64,000 bases of DNA, from the NCBI RefSeq assembly GCF_001194135.2, contig NC_068991.1, positions 42,784,939 through 42,848,938 of the forward strand, read 5' to 3'. The notes under the pieces were generated by a model. The model saw nothing but the letters and a program-made list of their open reading frames with translations, did not search any database and was not told where the DNA came from. The number at the start of each line of letters is the position of its first letter. Positions within the stretch are counted from its first letter, which is position 1. The position numbers and the translations under genes were made by a program. This DNA comes from Octopus bimaculoides. Its lineage: Eukaryota. Shown here in pieces: positions 1 through 13,544 of this stretch.

Positions 1-878
1 CTTTGCATTTCCTCTGCATTCAGGGCCCATGTTTCATTATCATGTAGCATTGCTTTTCATACTCAAGCATCATACAATCTGCCTTTCAATTGGAGAGACT
101 GACCTTTTGTTGCTAACAGACATAATACCTTCCTGACCTTTGTCCAGCCTATTCTCATTCTAGCAACTACACTTTTAAAACACCCCCCTCCGCTGCTAAT
201 TAGCTCACCTAGGTAACAGAAACAATCTACTTCGTCTAGGGAGCCTCCAGGGCATTTGAGAAAAATCAATGTCCCATGTACCCTTGGATTTTATGGCACT
301 TGCATATCTTCCACACATAAACTCTACTTTGTCTATTAACATTCCTGTGATTCTACTGCATCTCTTGTGTATCCATAGCTTGCACTGGGTACACTGTGTA
401 GAATTCCTGTCTCTGCCTTTCCTACATATTAAGCAGGGCCATTAAGTGGTCTGGTTACTAGAACTTTAGTCTTTACTAAGTTAACTTTAAGGCCCTTCAA
501 TTCCAGGTTTTGCTCCCACATTCAGAATTTATTTTCTAATTCTACAATAGATTCTGCTATGAGAACAAGATTATAAGCATATAATAGATCCCAGGTGCAG
601 CTGGTCTTAAGATCCTCTTCTATGGGCTAGAGGGCAATGATGATTAGAAGTGGACTTAGAACTAAGCCCTAGTGAATGCCTACTTGTACACTAAATTTGT
701 CACTATATTCATAGCTAGCTTTCAATTTACTGACAGTACCCCTGTACATAACTTGTATAGTTTTCACAAGCCACTTGTCTACCCCTAGCATCCTCAGAGC
801 CCACCATATCGTAGTGAGGGATTTTGTCAAAGGCTTTTTCCAGGTCAACAAGTGTCAAGTACAATGGTTTACTTTTAG
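1..878 (-). mobile_element. RTE-clade LINE reverse transcriptase fragment (degenerate, frameshifted)
   Basis: ORF 669-851 (IWWALRMLGVDKWLVKTIQVMYRG...FSVQVGIH) and ORF 63-269 (FCYLGELISSGGG...ARMRIGW...LKGRLYDA) match RT and post-RT motifs of RTE-type LINEs. Confidence 0.85.
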
Positions 879-967
879 CTAAATACTTTTCCTACTGTTG
901 TCTGAGAAAATTACATCAATAGTACTTCTTCCCAGTACAAAACTGAACTGCAATGCATGCAGACACA

Positions 968-1004
<37 letters not shown>

Positions 1005-1039
1005 TACACGCGCGCACACACACATACATACACACGCGC

Positions 1040-1080
<41 letters not shown>

Positions 1081-1113
1081 CACGCACATAGAATGAGAGA
1101 GAGATATACATAC

Positions 1114-1252
1114 AGGAGCGGTCGTGTGGTAAGAAGCTTGCTTCCCAACCACATTGCTTTGGTTGGCCCGAGGCCATAGTAGAAGACTCTTGCCCAAGGT
1201 GCCACGCAATGGGACTGAACCCGGAACCATATGGTTGGGAAGCAAGCTTCTT
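1114..1252. mobile_element. SINE-A pieces: plus-strand head (1114-1154) fused to a minus-strand copy (1155-1252)
   Basis: tRNA-like head gtgtggtaagaagcttgcttcccaaccacat; the minus copy has the B-box-like ggttcagtccc and the ccttgggcaag core seen in many other copies in the window. Confidence 0.85.
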
Positions 1253-2719
1253 TATTTCTTTTAAATTGCCATAAAGGCATTACACAGAGGGGGACACTAC
1301 AACACATGTGGGGACATATAACAATTAAAAATATAAAAATAAAATATGATATAATGAATGATACATGAAAATGAACATGAAAAACAAATTAAAATATGAT
1401 AACATGAATGATATCTGAAAATGATATTATGAAGAGTGTGCTACTCACCCCACACTGAGTAACACCTCTTGCCACCTCTGGGTCCTAAGTCCTTTTTCTC
1501 CTTCAGTCCAATCCTTTTTCCACTTTCTCCATCACTTAGTGACATCATTCTCTCCGCTATGCATTCATAACTTTTTTCACCAAGGATGGGGTCTTCTAAA
1601 TTTTGTGGTGTCTGTTCTTTCTTTTTCTTTTTCTTTCTTGTGGGAGAAATGGAGTGGGTGGGTTTGGTGTCTGTATGGGGAGGGTGGGTCTGAGTGGTCT
1701 TGGGTGGGATGGAGTTGGACTGGGGTACCACATCATACTCAGTGGTTTTTTTCTTTTTTTCTCTTACTTTTTTCTGCTCTCTGTAACTTTCCATTCTTCC
1801 TCCTTTTCCTCCTTTCCTCTGCCTGTCTTTTCTTCTTCTCTTTTCTCTTTCATATCCACAATTGTTTCCTCAGCCATTGCCCTCTGTAGAGGGCAGTATG
1901 CTCTTATGTAGCCCTTTTGGCCACATTTAAAACAACGTGGTACTCTGCCCTCTACCCACACCCTCAGCACGATTTCCCCCAACATCACCGTCTCTGCCAA
2001 GTTCTCCAGTTGACCCTCCTCCGTCTGAATAATGAGTTCAAGTGTCTTTCCTTTCCACCCTTCTTCTTCCATTTCTGTGGCTTGGAAGACAGCCACCTTC
2101 TCCTTGCTTCCAACAAGGACAGCTGCCGCTACCCAAGCCACTTCTATATCTGGTGGAATTGCTTCTACCCTCACCTTGGAAGTCTTTCTTTCAAGGTATG
2201 TGGGCAGAAGCACTACTTCCTCTGTTTTCACCATCACACTCACCAGCCTCCTCACCTCCTCTATTGTCCTAAGTTGGACGACTATTGTCCCATATCTTCT
2301 TCCTTTGGTTATATACATTATCTCCATTGATCGTTCCCTCAGTGCCTTTTCCACTTCTACCTCCACCTGTTCTGCCTTTTTTCCTTTCAACGAGTACACC
2401 TTATAGGTGATCGATTTCTTCTCCATCCTCTCCATAATTCCTTTGGAAAGTGACAACTTCACATTGCCGCCCACCTTCTGAGCTATCTTCTCATACTTCT
2501 TCTGACCAGCCAAGTCAAGTTCCCTTCGCTTCACCTCCGTGGCTTCAGCAAAACTCCTTGTCTTCAACACTCTGTCCATCTTTATGTCTGCCCTTACCAG
2601 CTCCTCCTCTGATGATGACAACTCAGACCTGTCAAGGTCTGAGTACATCTTCTAAGCAACACAAAAAACTACGTCCGACTCTTACAAAATCCAGACAGCA
2701 AATAACCCGGCGCATGCAC
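1253..2719 (-). mobile_element. ORF1-only non-LTR retroelement (Tx1/L1-like gag, no RT) with 15-bp TSD
   Basis: Flanked by ggaagcaagcttctt at 1238-1252 and 2720-2734. Contains a 71-nt 5' leader, a gag-like ORF, a T-rich 3' UTR and a 3' end ...aaaagaaata. No endonuclease or RT sequence inside. Confidence 0.8.
1764..2648 (-). CDS. gag/ORF1p-like protein, 294 aa, single zinc knuckle; frameshifted basic C-terminal continuation at 1441-1794
   Basis: LRVWVEGRVPRCFKCGQKGYIRAYCP is CX2CX4[H>Y]X4C (1893-1934), preceded by an RRM-like region and followed by a K/E-rich tail. Layout resembles Tx1/L1-clade ORF1p. Confidence 0.7.
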   Translation of the reverse strand: MYSDLDRSELSSSEEELVRADIKMDRVLKTRSFAEATEVKRRELDLAGQKKYEKIAQKVGGNVKLSLSKGIMERMEKKSITYKVYSLKGKKAEQVEVEVEKALRERSMEIMYITKGRRYGTIVVQLRTIEEVRRLVSVMVKTEEVVLLPTYLERKTSKVRVEAIPPDIEVAWVAAAVLVGSKEKVAVFQATEMEEEGWKGKTLELIIQTEEGQLENLAETVMLGEIVLRVWVEGRVPRCFKCGQKGYIRAYCPLQRAMAEETIVDMKEKREEEKTGRGKEEKEEEWKVTESRKK

Positions 2720-2968
2720 GGAAGCAAGCTTCTTGCCACACACATACATGCATCTCAGCTGCTTTCTTGTATACGAGCAAAGCCATTGCTAGAAAGAACC
2801 ACTGAAATGAGTCATTGACATACATACATGCATATATACATACATACATACATACATGCATACATACATACATACATACATGCACACACACACATACATA
2901 CATACATATATACATAAGTATGCACATTCATACATACATGTACACACATACATATATACATACATAAT

Positions 2969-3002
<34 letters not shown>

Positions 3003-4325
3003 CTATCTGTGTTTGTGTGTCTGTGTGTCTATCTGTGTTTGTGTGTCTGTGTGTCCACTTTCACAACTGCCCACCCCTGTTGCTACCACAACCATCACAA
3101 ATACAATTACAACAACTTCAACCAAAGCAAAAAACAACAATAACCACAACAAACTTAGACAAACAATTCTACATTCTATGTGTTTATCCACAGAGAGATT
3201 CATAACAAAACAAAACCCATTTTAATTACAATTTCAGGCAGGGAACTGCTGTAGATCTTTTTCTGCCAACACTGAATTATTATTTCAAAAGCAATGGTGT
3301 TTTGGAATATGATGGAAACAAGGATTTTAAGAGTATCTTTATTCATGTACTGTCGTTTTTTTGTGTTGTCATTGTGTGGCCATTAGTCCATTCTGATTAG
3401 GTAGACCTATGTTATGTAGGTAGTTGGCTGAATAACAAGGTACTGAGGTACTGTACCATAATTCTATATTGCTCCAGATGTACAATGGTACCCTATGATG
3501 AAATTTTATTGTCTGGCTGGCATCTTGTCTTCTTTTCATATAAATTGGATTCAGAACTAAGTTATCTACAGTAGTCAGCCATTTTAAAGAAAACATGTAA
3601 GATTTGAGTTTTGTTTCAAAGCAGTCAAGCAACTGTAGGAAGGTCCTCTCATTGGCTCAATTCTGGTGCAGTGGTGGGGAGAGGGTGTGGTTGGTTAGAG
3701 GGTCTGTTGAGAAGCAGAAAATGTGCATCACCCTTTTACAGTGGAAATTAGATGTATTCGCTCAAAATTTCAGCACCCTTAACTGTAGAGAGCTGTTTCA
3801 TATACCAATTAATCTTTTGTTGGGGAATATCATGTTTGAAAGTATTGTTTGTTACAATATGTCGAGTTTACTGAGGCAGTGGGGCTTACAGAAAATACCA
3901 ATTCTATTTTTTGATAGATATTCAACATCATTGCTGAAATAACTGTGAAATTTAATTTTGCTGTCATAAAAATCAAGTTTGGTATCTATTCAAACTGCAC
4001 TGAATACAGACATTAATTTTTGACTTATAACGAAGGTAATCAAATTAATACCAGTTATCATTCAACCTATCCTCTGCCACACCATTGTCAGTGGCAGCAG
4101 TGGAAGCATCATTTAAAAGATCTAGCAAGCTGCATATTTTTCCATCCTGTTGTGTCTCATCTGTTGGATTCTATGATGAACACGTTTTCCCCCACCTTCC
4201 TTACTAAAACTATATCTTCTGGAATTCCCTGTTAACCAGTGTTTAAAAAAAATTTTTTTTTCAGCAGACATTGATATAAGCATAACTGAAGTACAAATAT
4301 GCCTATGAGATGCAAGCATGGCTAT

Positions 4326-4505
4326 GAGGCACAGTGTTTGTTGTGAGGCACAGCCTTTGTTGTTAGGCACAGTCTTTGTTGTGAGGCACAGCCTTTGTTG
4401 TTAGGCACAGTCTTTGTTGTGAGGCACAGTCTTTGTTGTGAAACACAGTCTTTGTTGTGAGACACACTCTTTGTTATGAGACACAGTCTTGATTGCGAGG
4501 CACAA
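4326..4505. repeat. 19-bp minisatellite, about 9.5 copies
   Basis: Unit gaggcacagtctttgttgt; units 2-3 are repeated exactly as units 4-5. Confidence 0.95.
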
Positions 4506-5598
4506 GAATGGCTTTGAAGTGAAGGCATGGCTGTTAGACAAGCTATGTAATTTATTATGAATGCTAAGAATATTTTTCTGAATGCTATTACGAATTCTAG
4601 AGGATCTCTTTACATGCAGTATAAAAACCTTGCTATTTGAATCAATGAGGTTAAGCATCAGTACTTGACCTAACACAATAAAAGATTGGTAAAACAATAC
4701 CAAAAAAACATGAGAATACCATACAATAATGTCATGCTACTTTCTAAAGTTGAGTGTTGAGACTGCATCACTTAGCTAGTAAAGAGAAGATTCCTTCCTT
4801 AGTTTTATTTCCTTATCACAGCTTCTGTCTAATAAATTTGTTTTTTAACTCTCTATAGCTTTGCCATCTCTTAGTTCTATTATTTCTGTATGTACACATT
4901 TTAGTTTAATGTCAAATAATATTGGGGAGAAGTTATATTTTTTTCTTTTTCAATCTCTATCTGTTTATTTATTTTTATTCATTCTATGTCATCAAATGTA
5001 TTGCTGTGCATATGGGATGATGATTTTATGGGTTCTGGTTGTCTTCTTCTGAAAACATTTATAATGAAATTGACACACAACATATATGTATGTACACACA
5101 CACACGTACACACACACACACACACACGTACACACACACACACATGTATACTCTATACACTATTTGCAGAAATTATCACCATATAGAAGTTACCCAAAAC
5201 TCATTTATTTCTCTGCTAATCTTGAAAAGTATTAAAGGGGAAAAATAAGACATTAAATGCTGCTGCTGCTGCTGCTGCTAATGGTGATGATGATGATGAT
5301 GATGATGCTGATGAAAAGTAAAGGTGGGCAGGAATATCAAATTTGAATCTGTAAGCAGTGCCAAATGTTAAGAATTAGGATTCCTTTTCATTGGTCAGAA
5401 AGAATTTTTGGAACTCTTACATATTACTATTTTTCATATCTGACTTTGAATTCTTTGCAACAAAAAAATAATGTTTATATCGTTAGACTTGAATTTAGAT
5501 CTATGAGACATTCCTATAAGTGCTGAATATATAACAATAAATACTGCCACTGTTGCCACCATCACTTCCACTACTGCTGCTGTTACTGCTGCTGTTAT

Positions 5599-5681
<83 letters not shown>

Positions 5682-5707
5682 GTAATAATAATAATAATCA
5701 TAATAAT

Positions 5708-6800
<1,093 letters not shown>

Positions 6801-8389
6801 ATATATTCACTAATCACAGTTGTAACCAAATTTGTATAACATGTTAATCTCTACATTACTTGTTATCCTGTGATTTTTTTTTACTCCTTCACAGTCTCGA
6901 GAATCAATCACATCAGCTACCACACTCTAATGATATTAATTGAACTATAATTTCTGTTTCTTTGGAGAACTATTGTCCAGTTTTTTTTTTTCTGTCCTTT
7001 AATCAGTTGTGACAATCCATAAATATTATTGTTAATAATCCATTAATCACATCACTTTCCAGAATTATTCTACAATTTAATCTCCAAAGCATTTGTAATT
7101 CACTGACCTTTATACAGCAATATCCTCGAATCAATTACATTTCAAGCCACTGTTATTTTCATACAATAAATACAAGACACTAAGACACAACTGCTGATCA
7201 TGCTTTTTGAAGCTTCTTGTGGAAACCAATGGAAAACTAAACTGCAGTTATTTTCATCAGCTTTTATTTTACCAGAATTGATTAATAGGCAGATGATTCT
7301 TTCTACTTGCTAGAGGTGTATCATCATCATCATTATTATCATTGTCATTGGTGTCATCATCAGCATCATCACCACCATTGCCACCATCATCACCACTACT
7401 GCTATAGCTGTCACAGTCAACACCACCACCATCATTGTCCACTTTTTTGCTTGCTTTTGCATGCTGGCATGAGTAAGACAGGCCATCACTTTTCAAGTCA
7501 GTTCTTATTTGGAGTTACTGTCTCCCTAGATTGATTAGAGGACCATATGTTGCTTGTCCATTCTAGTTTTGGTTTAGTTTCCATAGCTGAATGTTCTTTA
7601 TATCACCAATCACTTTACAGAGTGTACTATCTATATTTCGTTGTGGTACCAACACTAAAGAAAATATGTCCTTGGAAAGACCAAAGAGTCTTCTCATCTG
7701 TTCATTACTTCTATTCATTCACTAACCACATTACAGAGTGTACTGAGTGCATTTTATGGTTGCACCAGCACTAATGAGGTTGTCTTGTACCCTGCAAGAC
7801 TTAAAGAACCATTTCTATTCTATGTTGTCTCTGTTAATTCAAAACAATATGACTAAGCGGGTGAGTAGAAAAGAGAGGGATGATAGAAGACAGATAAACT
7901 AGGGTGAGACAATGAAAGAAAGAAGAGTGAATGGGGATGGATAAGATAGTAGAGGAAGAAATGATGAAGAGACAGTGCTGAGAGAGTGGAGTAATCATGG
8001 GAGAGATAGTAGAAACAGGTAGTAAAGGCAGCTACATATTTGGTGATAAGAGAGAGAGAGAGAGAGAGAGAGAATGATGGATGCTGATAACAAATGAACT
8101 GGAGGAAAGGAAGTNNNNNNNNNNNNNNNNNNNNNNNNNNNNNNNNNNNNNNNNNNNNNNNNNNNNNNNNNNNNNNNNNNNNNNNNNNNNNNNNNNNNNN
8201 NNNNNNNNNNNNNNNNNNNNNNNNNNNNNNNNNNNNNNNNNNNNNNNNNNNNNNNNNNNNNNNNNNNNNNNNNNNNNNNNNNNNNNNNNNNNNNNNNNNN
8301 NNNNNNNNNNNNNNNNNNNNNNNNNNNNNNNNNNNNNNNNNNNNNNNNNNNNNNNNNNNNNNNNNNNNNNNNNNNNNNNNNNNNNNNNN

Positions 8390-8423
<34 letters not shown>

Positions 8424-8859
8424 AATGAAATATAGTAGTAGTAATGGGTGATGGTAAGAGAGAGAGAATGATGGATGCTGATAACAAATGAACTGGAGGA
8501 AAGGAAGTGGAGGGTATAATTGCAGAAAGATAATTGTAATTAATATAACTTGGTTCAATGCATTCAGTATGTTAGCATTGATCTTAGCATCTTATTTTGT
8601 AAGTTTGAAGACTGAGAATATTTTATGGCTGGTGAATTGGCAGAGTTATTAGAGTGTTGGACAGAATGGTATCTGTTTCAGCTCTCTGTCCCTGAGTTCA
8701 AATCATGCCATGGTGAATTTTAGGGATAACTTCCACCTTTCTACCAACCAGTCTTGGAGGCCCTGTAAAAGATCATGGCTACTACTCTTGCCTCCTGACT
8801 AAAAATTTAAAAGTTAAAAAAAGAAAAGAAAAATCTGTTACTTAAATGAATGTAGAGTT

Positions 8860-9570
8860 AGGTTTTCTGACCCAAAGAAGAGCGAGATAGAAATGCACAG
8901 ATATGAAGTTTGCTTGTCGCTTCTTCTCCATAATCAGACCAATCTATTTCTTGACCATATTGTAACTTGCAATGAAAAGTGGATTCTGTACAATAATAAA
9001 AAACGTTTTTCACACTGGTTGGACCAAAATGAAGCACCAAAAACCTTCCCTAAACCCAAGTTCTTCAAAAAGAAGGTTATGGTGACTATTTGGTGGTGTA
9101 CTACTGGACTCATCTACTATAATTTCTTAAAACCTAGAAAAACCATAACTGCAGAAACATTGCCATGAAATTGCCAAAATGAACAAAAATCTGTTACTCC
9201 TCTATCCCAGACTAGTCAATAGAAGAGGGCCAATCATTCATCATGACAAGGCTCAATCACACGTTTCACTAATGATGCTTATTCCTCAGACCTTTCTCCT
9301 ACCAACTACCACATTTTAAACACCTTGATGGTTTCCTGCAAGAGAAAGAGTTTAAAAATCAAACCAATGCTGAAAGTGCATTCACAGAGTTCATCAGCTC
9401 CAGAACACAAGATTTTTATGTTACTGGAATAAACAAACTTGTAACTCATTGGCAAAAATGTGTTGATTGTAATGAAACTTATTTTGATGAATAAAATTTC
9501 CACATTGTTGAAATATATTGCGCTGAATTTCATGTTTCAAAACGTTGTTTACTTTTTACTCAGTCTGATA
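8860..9570 (+). mobile_element. mariner (DD34D-type) transposase fragment, 5'-truncated, with right-end remnant
   Basis: IVTCNEKWILYNN...KKVMVTIWW (ORF 8893-9168), YSSDLSPTNYH at about 9279, internal deletion before it, terminal-like actttttactcagtctgata at 9551-9570. Confidence 0.85.
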
Positions 9571-9585
9571 GATAATGTACTGAAT

Positions 9586-9668
<83 letters not shown>

Positions 9669-11626
9669 ATTCTGTCTATGTAATGTTGTACTTTAGAATT
9701 AGATATAAAAGGATTTAGATATTCATAATCTTAAGCTGATATGTACACTTGCAGAGGTAAGAAGAGGTGCATAGTTAATGATTAATAATATTTCTTTAGC
9801 AATGCAAATGGTTAAGTATTTTTACAGAAGGACTTAGTACAACAGCTACGGCAGATATCACAGTTCAGTAATATCATGGTTGAGTGATTAAGGCATTCAA
9901 TCATAGGTTTATAAATCTAGATTAATTGCCATGAGATTTTGGCACTTGGAACCAATGCAGCTGCATTCTAAGGAGATGGGCTATTGTCCAAGATTAAATC
10001 CACTGAACTGTTTCTGACAATTTAAGGCTTTAAGGCAATGGTTCCACAATCTTTTTTACTTTGAGCTGCAATAAAGATTAAATAATAAAATGCTGCTACA
10101 CTGGAGATGAAATTAAGTGAAAAACTCACCAGTGCACTTCATATAGGAATTAAAGAAAAGTGTTTAAAGATGTGAAGGTGCATGGCCTAGTGGTTAGGGT
10201 GTTGCATTTTTTACAATAAGTCTAAAGTCTTTCTTGGTTTTACTAAAGAACCATGTATAATATATTGTGTTCACTAGGGGAAGTAACAAAAGAAACTAAC
10301 TTTAAAATAACAATGGGACTTTATTGCTTTGTAAAGTGGTACAGTGGATCAAGCAAGAAACATTACAACTTCTGGTGATTGTAATTATCCATCATTTGGA
10401 CAATTCAGCCTGGGTCATCGCTGGTTATATGTGCTCCTTTATATTAATTTTTCTCTGGTGAAAAATAGCAGGAAATCAGCATAACTTGCCTCGATGAAAA
10501 ACATTCACCCCCCTGGTCCAAATAATTTGTCATACGAAATTATGGAAAAAGGTTGGCTCCAGAGCACATACCAATTAGTTGTTTGAAAATGTAATATGTG
10601 CAGCATGACTGGACCTTTTATCCAAACCCCATGCAATTCTCCACCAATCACAACACGGGGCTCAACCAATGTTCAAAATTCCATGATAGGTAAAATGACC
10701 AGTCATTACAGATTAAATTGCTGAGCCTATGAAAGGCTGATTGTCTTCAGTGTGGCATAATAGAAATTGGTCTCATTACACAATCATGACCGCAAGATTG
10801 TGGTTTCAGTTCCCTAACTGGGTGGTGCATTGTGTTTTTGAGCAAAACAATTCATTTCACATTGCTCCAGTTCACTCAGTTGTAAATGGGTAACCCTGTG
10901 ACAGATTGGCATTCCTTTTAGAGGGAACATTGTCCTGCCCACCTAACCAGTGGGATGACATCATTTGAAAACTACAGTAATGCAAGGAAGTGCATAGTGA
11001 TCACCTGTGTATTACAACATCTAATAATCTGGTTGATACAGCAACACAATGGTATAGTGATGTTCAACAGTAAAAATTAGTAAAGATATAAGAAAATTAT
11101 AGCTTGCCTAGTTCTGTTAATCATATTTGTCATATTTGCATATAATAGAATTAAGTTGGCAAATTGATTGGGTGAGTTGTAAAGTATGGTTATTGTCTAG
11201 CTCTTTGTGCTCTGTGTTGAAATACTGCTGATTTCAACTTTGCTTTCCATCTTTTTTTACTTGGTGGAGATGAGGATGGTCAATAAATAAAGTAACATTC
11301 CTGTACTAAGATCATTTCTCTTTCTAGCCGTCTCTCTTTCTTGAAGAAATCAGCTGCTACCAGATGTGAAGAGGGATGGGCTCTCCTAGGCCTAATACCC
11401 ACAGCATGCTACATGTCACAATAGTATTTCCTATGACTCCATCAGGAATTGAAGTGTCCAAGGTAAAGTAGGACATATTGAAAATTATGAATAGCACATT
11501 TTTTTTTCAAAATGCTCAACTGTTAACAACATTCATAGACACCCTTTGCAATGTGTCAGAGCAATGCCGTGCACTGTTTGAGAACAACAGATTTCAGCTG
11601 TCGTAACAATCTCTAGTTTTTTTGTT

Positions 11627-11854
11627 TTTTACTTGTTTCAGTCAATAGACTGCAGGCCATACTGGTGCACCACTTTGAGGAATTTTAATCAATTCCAATA
11701 CTTGTTTACTTCTTAAACCTGGTACTTATTCTATTGGTCTCCCTTGCCAAACCACTAAGTTATAAAGACACAAACACACAAGTACTGGTTGTCAAGTAGT
11801 GGTAGGGACAAACAGGCACAAAGACACGCACAAAGACACGCACGCGCGCATGTA

Positions 11855-11894
<40 letters not shown>

Positions 11895-12056
11895 GGGCTT
11901 CTTTCAGTTCCTGTTCCTGTCTACCAAACCCACAAGGCTTTTGTCGGTTTGAAGCTATAGAAGAAAACACTTACTCAAGATACTATGCAGTGCAACTGAA
12001 CCCAGAACCATGTGACTGAGAGGCAAACTTTTTACCACACAGCTACATCTGTGCCT
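11627..12056 (-). mobile_element. SINE-A, near full length
   Basis: tRNA-like head, internal (CA)n, and 3' tail ...gactgaaacaagtaaaaac. Further copies or parts at about 13230-13430(-), 15827-16031(+), 18380-18760(-), 20510-20695(+), 24625-24780(+), 34387-34779(+), 46770-47180(-), 60240-60385(-), 61185-61340(+). Confidence 0.85.
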
Positions 12057-12881
12057 ATATACTGTTTAGCATTCCTGCAAAATCACCAAACAAAATATAA
12101 GTTACAGAAACAATGCCTTCAAATTTTGGCACAAGGGAAACAGTTTTAGGGAGTGGAATAAATCAATTATATTGACTCCAGTACTTGACTAGTATTTCTT
12201 TTATCAACTCCCAAAAGGATGAAAGGCAAAGTTGACCATGACAGAATTTGAACTCAGAACATAAAAAGCCAGAAGAATTGCTCTTAAACATTTTGTCCGA
12301 CACATTAACAGTTCTGCCAAATAAACTGCCTTGAAGGGTTTAGTTGATCAAATCAATCCCAGTACCTACTTTATGTTAGTGCTTATTCCATTGGTTGCAG
12401 TTTTACCAAACTGCTAGGTGTCAGAGATCCAATGACACTGGTTGGCAAGTGGTAAGAGACAAATGTACACACAAACACACACACAACACACAAACACACA
12501 CACACAGACACACACATACACACACATATATATGAGAACCTGCTCTACCCTGACCTCTTCCTCCTTACCCACCCTCATCTAACATGCAGGTGCGACATCC
12601 TCCCTTCCTGGGTTTGTGGACTTGCAAGCTACATGGTGACCTCCATAGTGCCAGGGGCACAAAAAGAAAGCATTCACTACACACTGTAAAATAGTTAGCA
12701 CTAGGAAGGGAATTCAGCCATAGAAACCATGCCAAAGCAGCCACTGGAGTATGATGCAGTTCTTGGCTCACTGGATCCTTGTCAAACTGTCCAACCCATG
12801 CAAGCATGGAACATGGACATTAAATGGTGATGATGGTGAAAATTATGATAATGATGATGATGATGATGATGATGATGGTGG

Positions 12882-12917
<36 letters not shown>

Positions 12918-12932
12918 NNNNNNNNNNGCACG

Positions 12933-12965
<33 letters not shown>

Positions 12966-13454
12966 ACGTGTGTGTGTGCACATGTGTTTGTGAGAGAGAG
13001 ATGGACTTCCACAAGTTTCTGCTCACCAAATTCTCACAAAAAGCATTGGTCAGCTCTGGGGCACAACCTAAAAATGTGGAGGCAAAGCAAATGCTTTAAG
13101 AACAGCCAAACATGTGTCTTCATAACCACACTACTATGACTGATAAGGAGTTTAATTCAAATCCAACTTATTTGTGTGTGTAGATGATAGAAGAATTGGT
13201 ATAAATGATTGTACTGAATATGTGTTTAATGACAAGTTTTTTTATTATACACACACACACACATACACACATAAGAAAATAGAATTCCTTCAGTTTCTAT
13301 CTCCCATATCTACTCCCAAGGCCATAATCCAGGGTTATAGCAGAAAACACTTATCAAAAGTAATGTACTGTGGGATTGAACCCAAAACTACATGGATGAG
13401 AAGAAAGCTTCTTAACTATGCAGCCATGCCTCTGTATCTATCTAAATATATATG

Positions 13455-13485
<31 letters not shown>

Positions 13486-13544
13486 ATACATATCGTACCA
13501 CAGCTGCATCCTCGTTACATGAGAAAAGCCATTGCCAAGAAGAC

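Noticed and set aside
879-1307. Numerous ORF-track entries rich in CV/TH/YI/poly-residue runs (here and throughout the window)
   Set aside because: They are translations of microsatellites or N gaps, not genes.
4401-4660. Possible minus-strand exon after ttttattgtgttag (QVLMLNLIDSNSKVFILHVKRS...)
   Set aside because: No recognisable homology, the frame runs into the minisatellite, and no partner exons were found. Needs RNA-seq.
8066-8508. Direct repeat of about 49 bp on both sides of the 8115-8389 gap
   Set aside because: Gap-flanking duplication in GA-rich sequence; probably an assembly artefact or collapsed repeat.
11328-11462. Exon-like segment with a strong plus-strand acceptor and AAG|gtaaag donor
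   Set aside because: All three frames contain stops and there is no homology.
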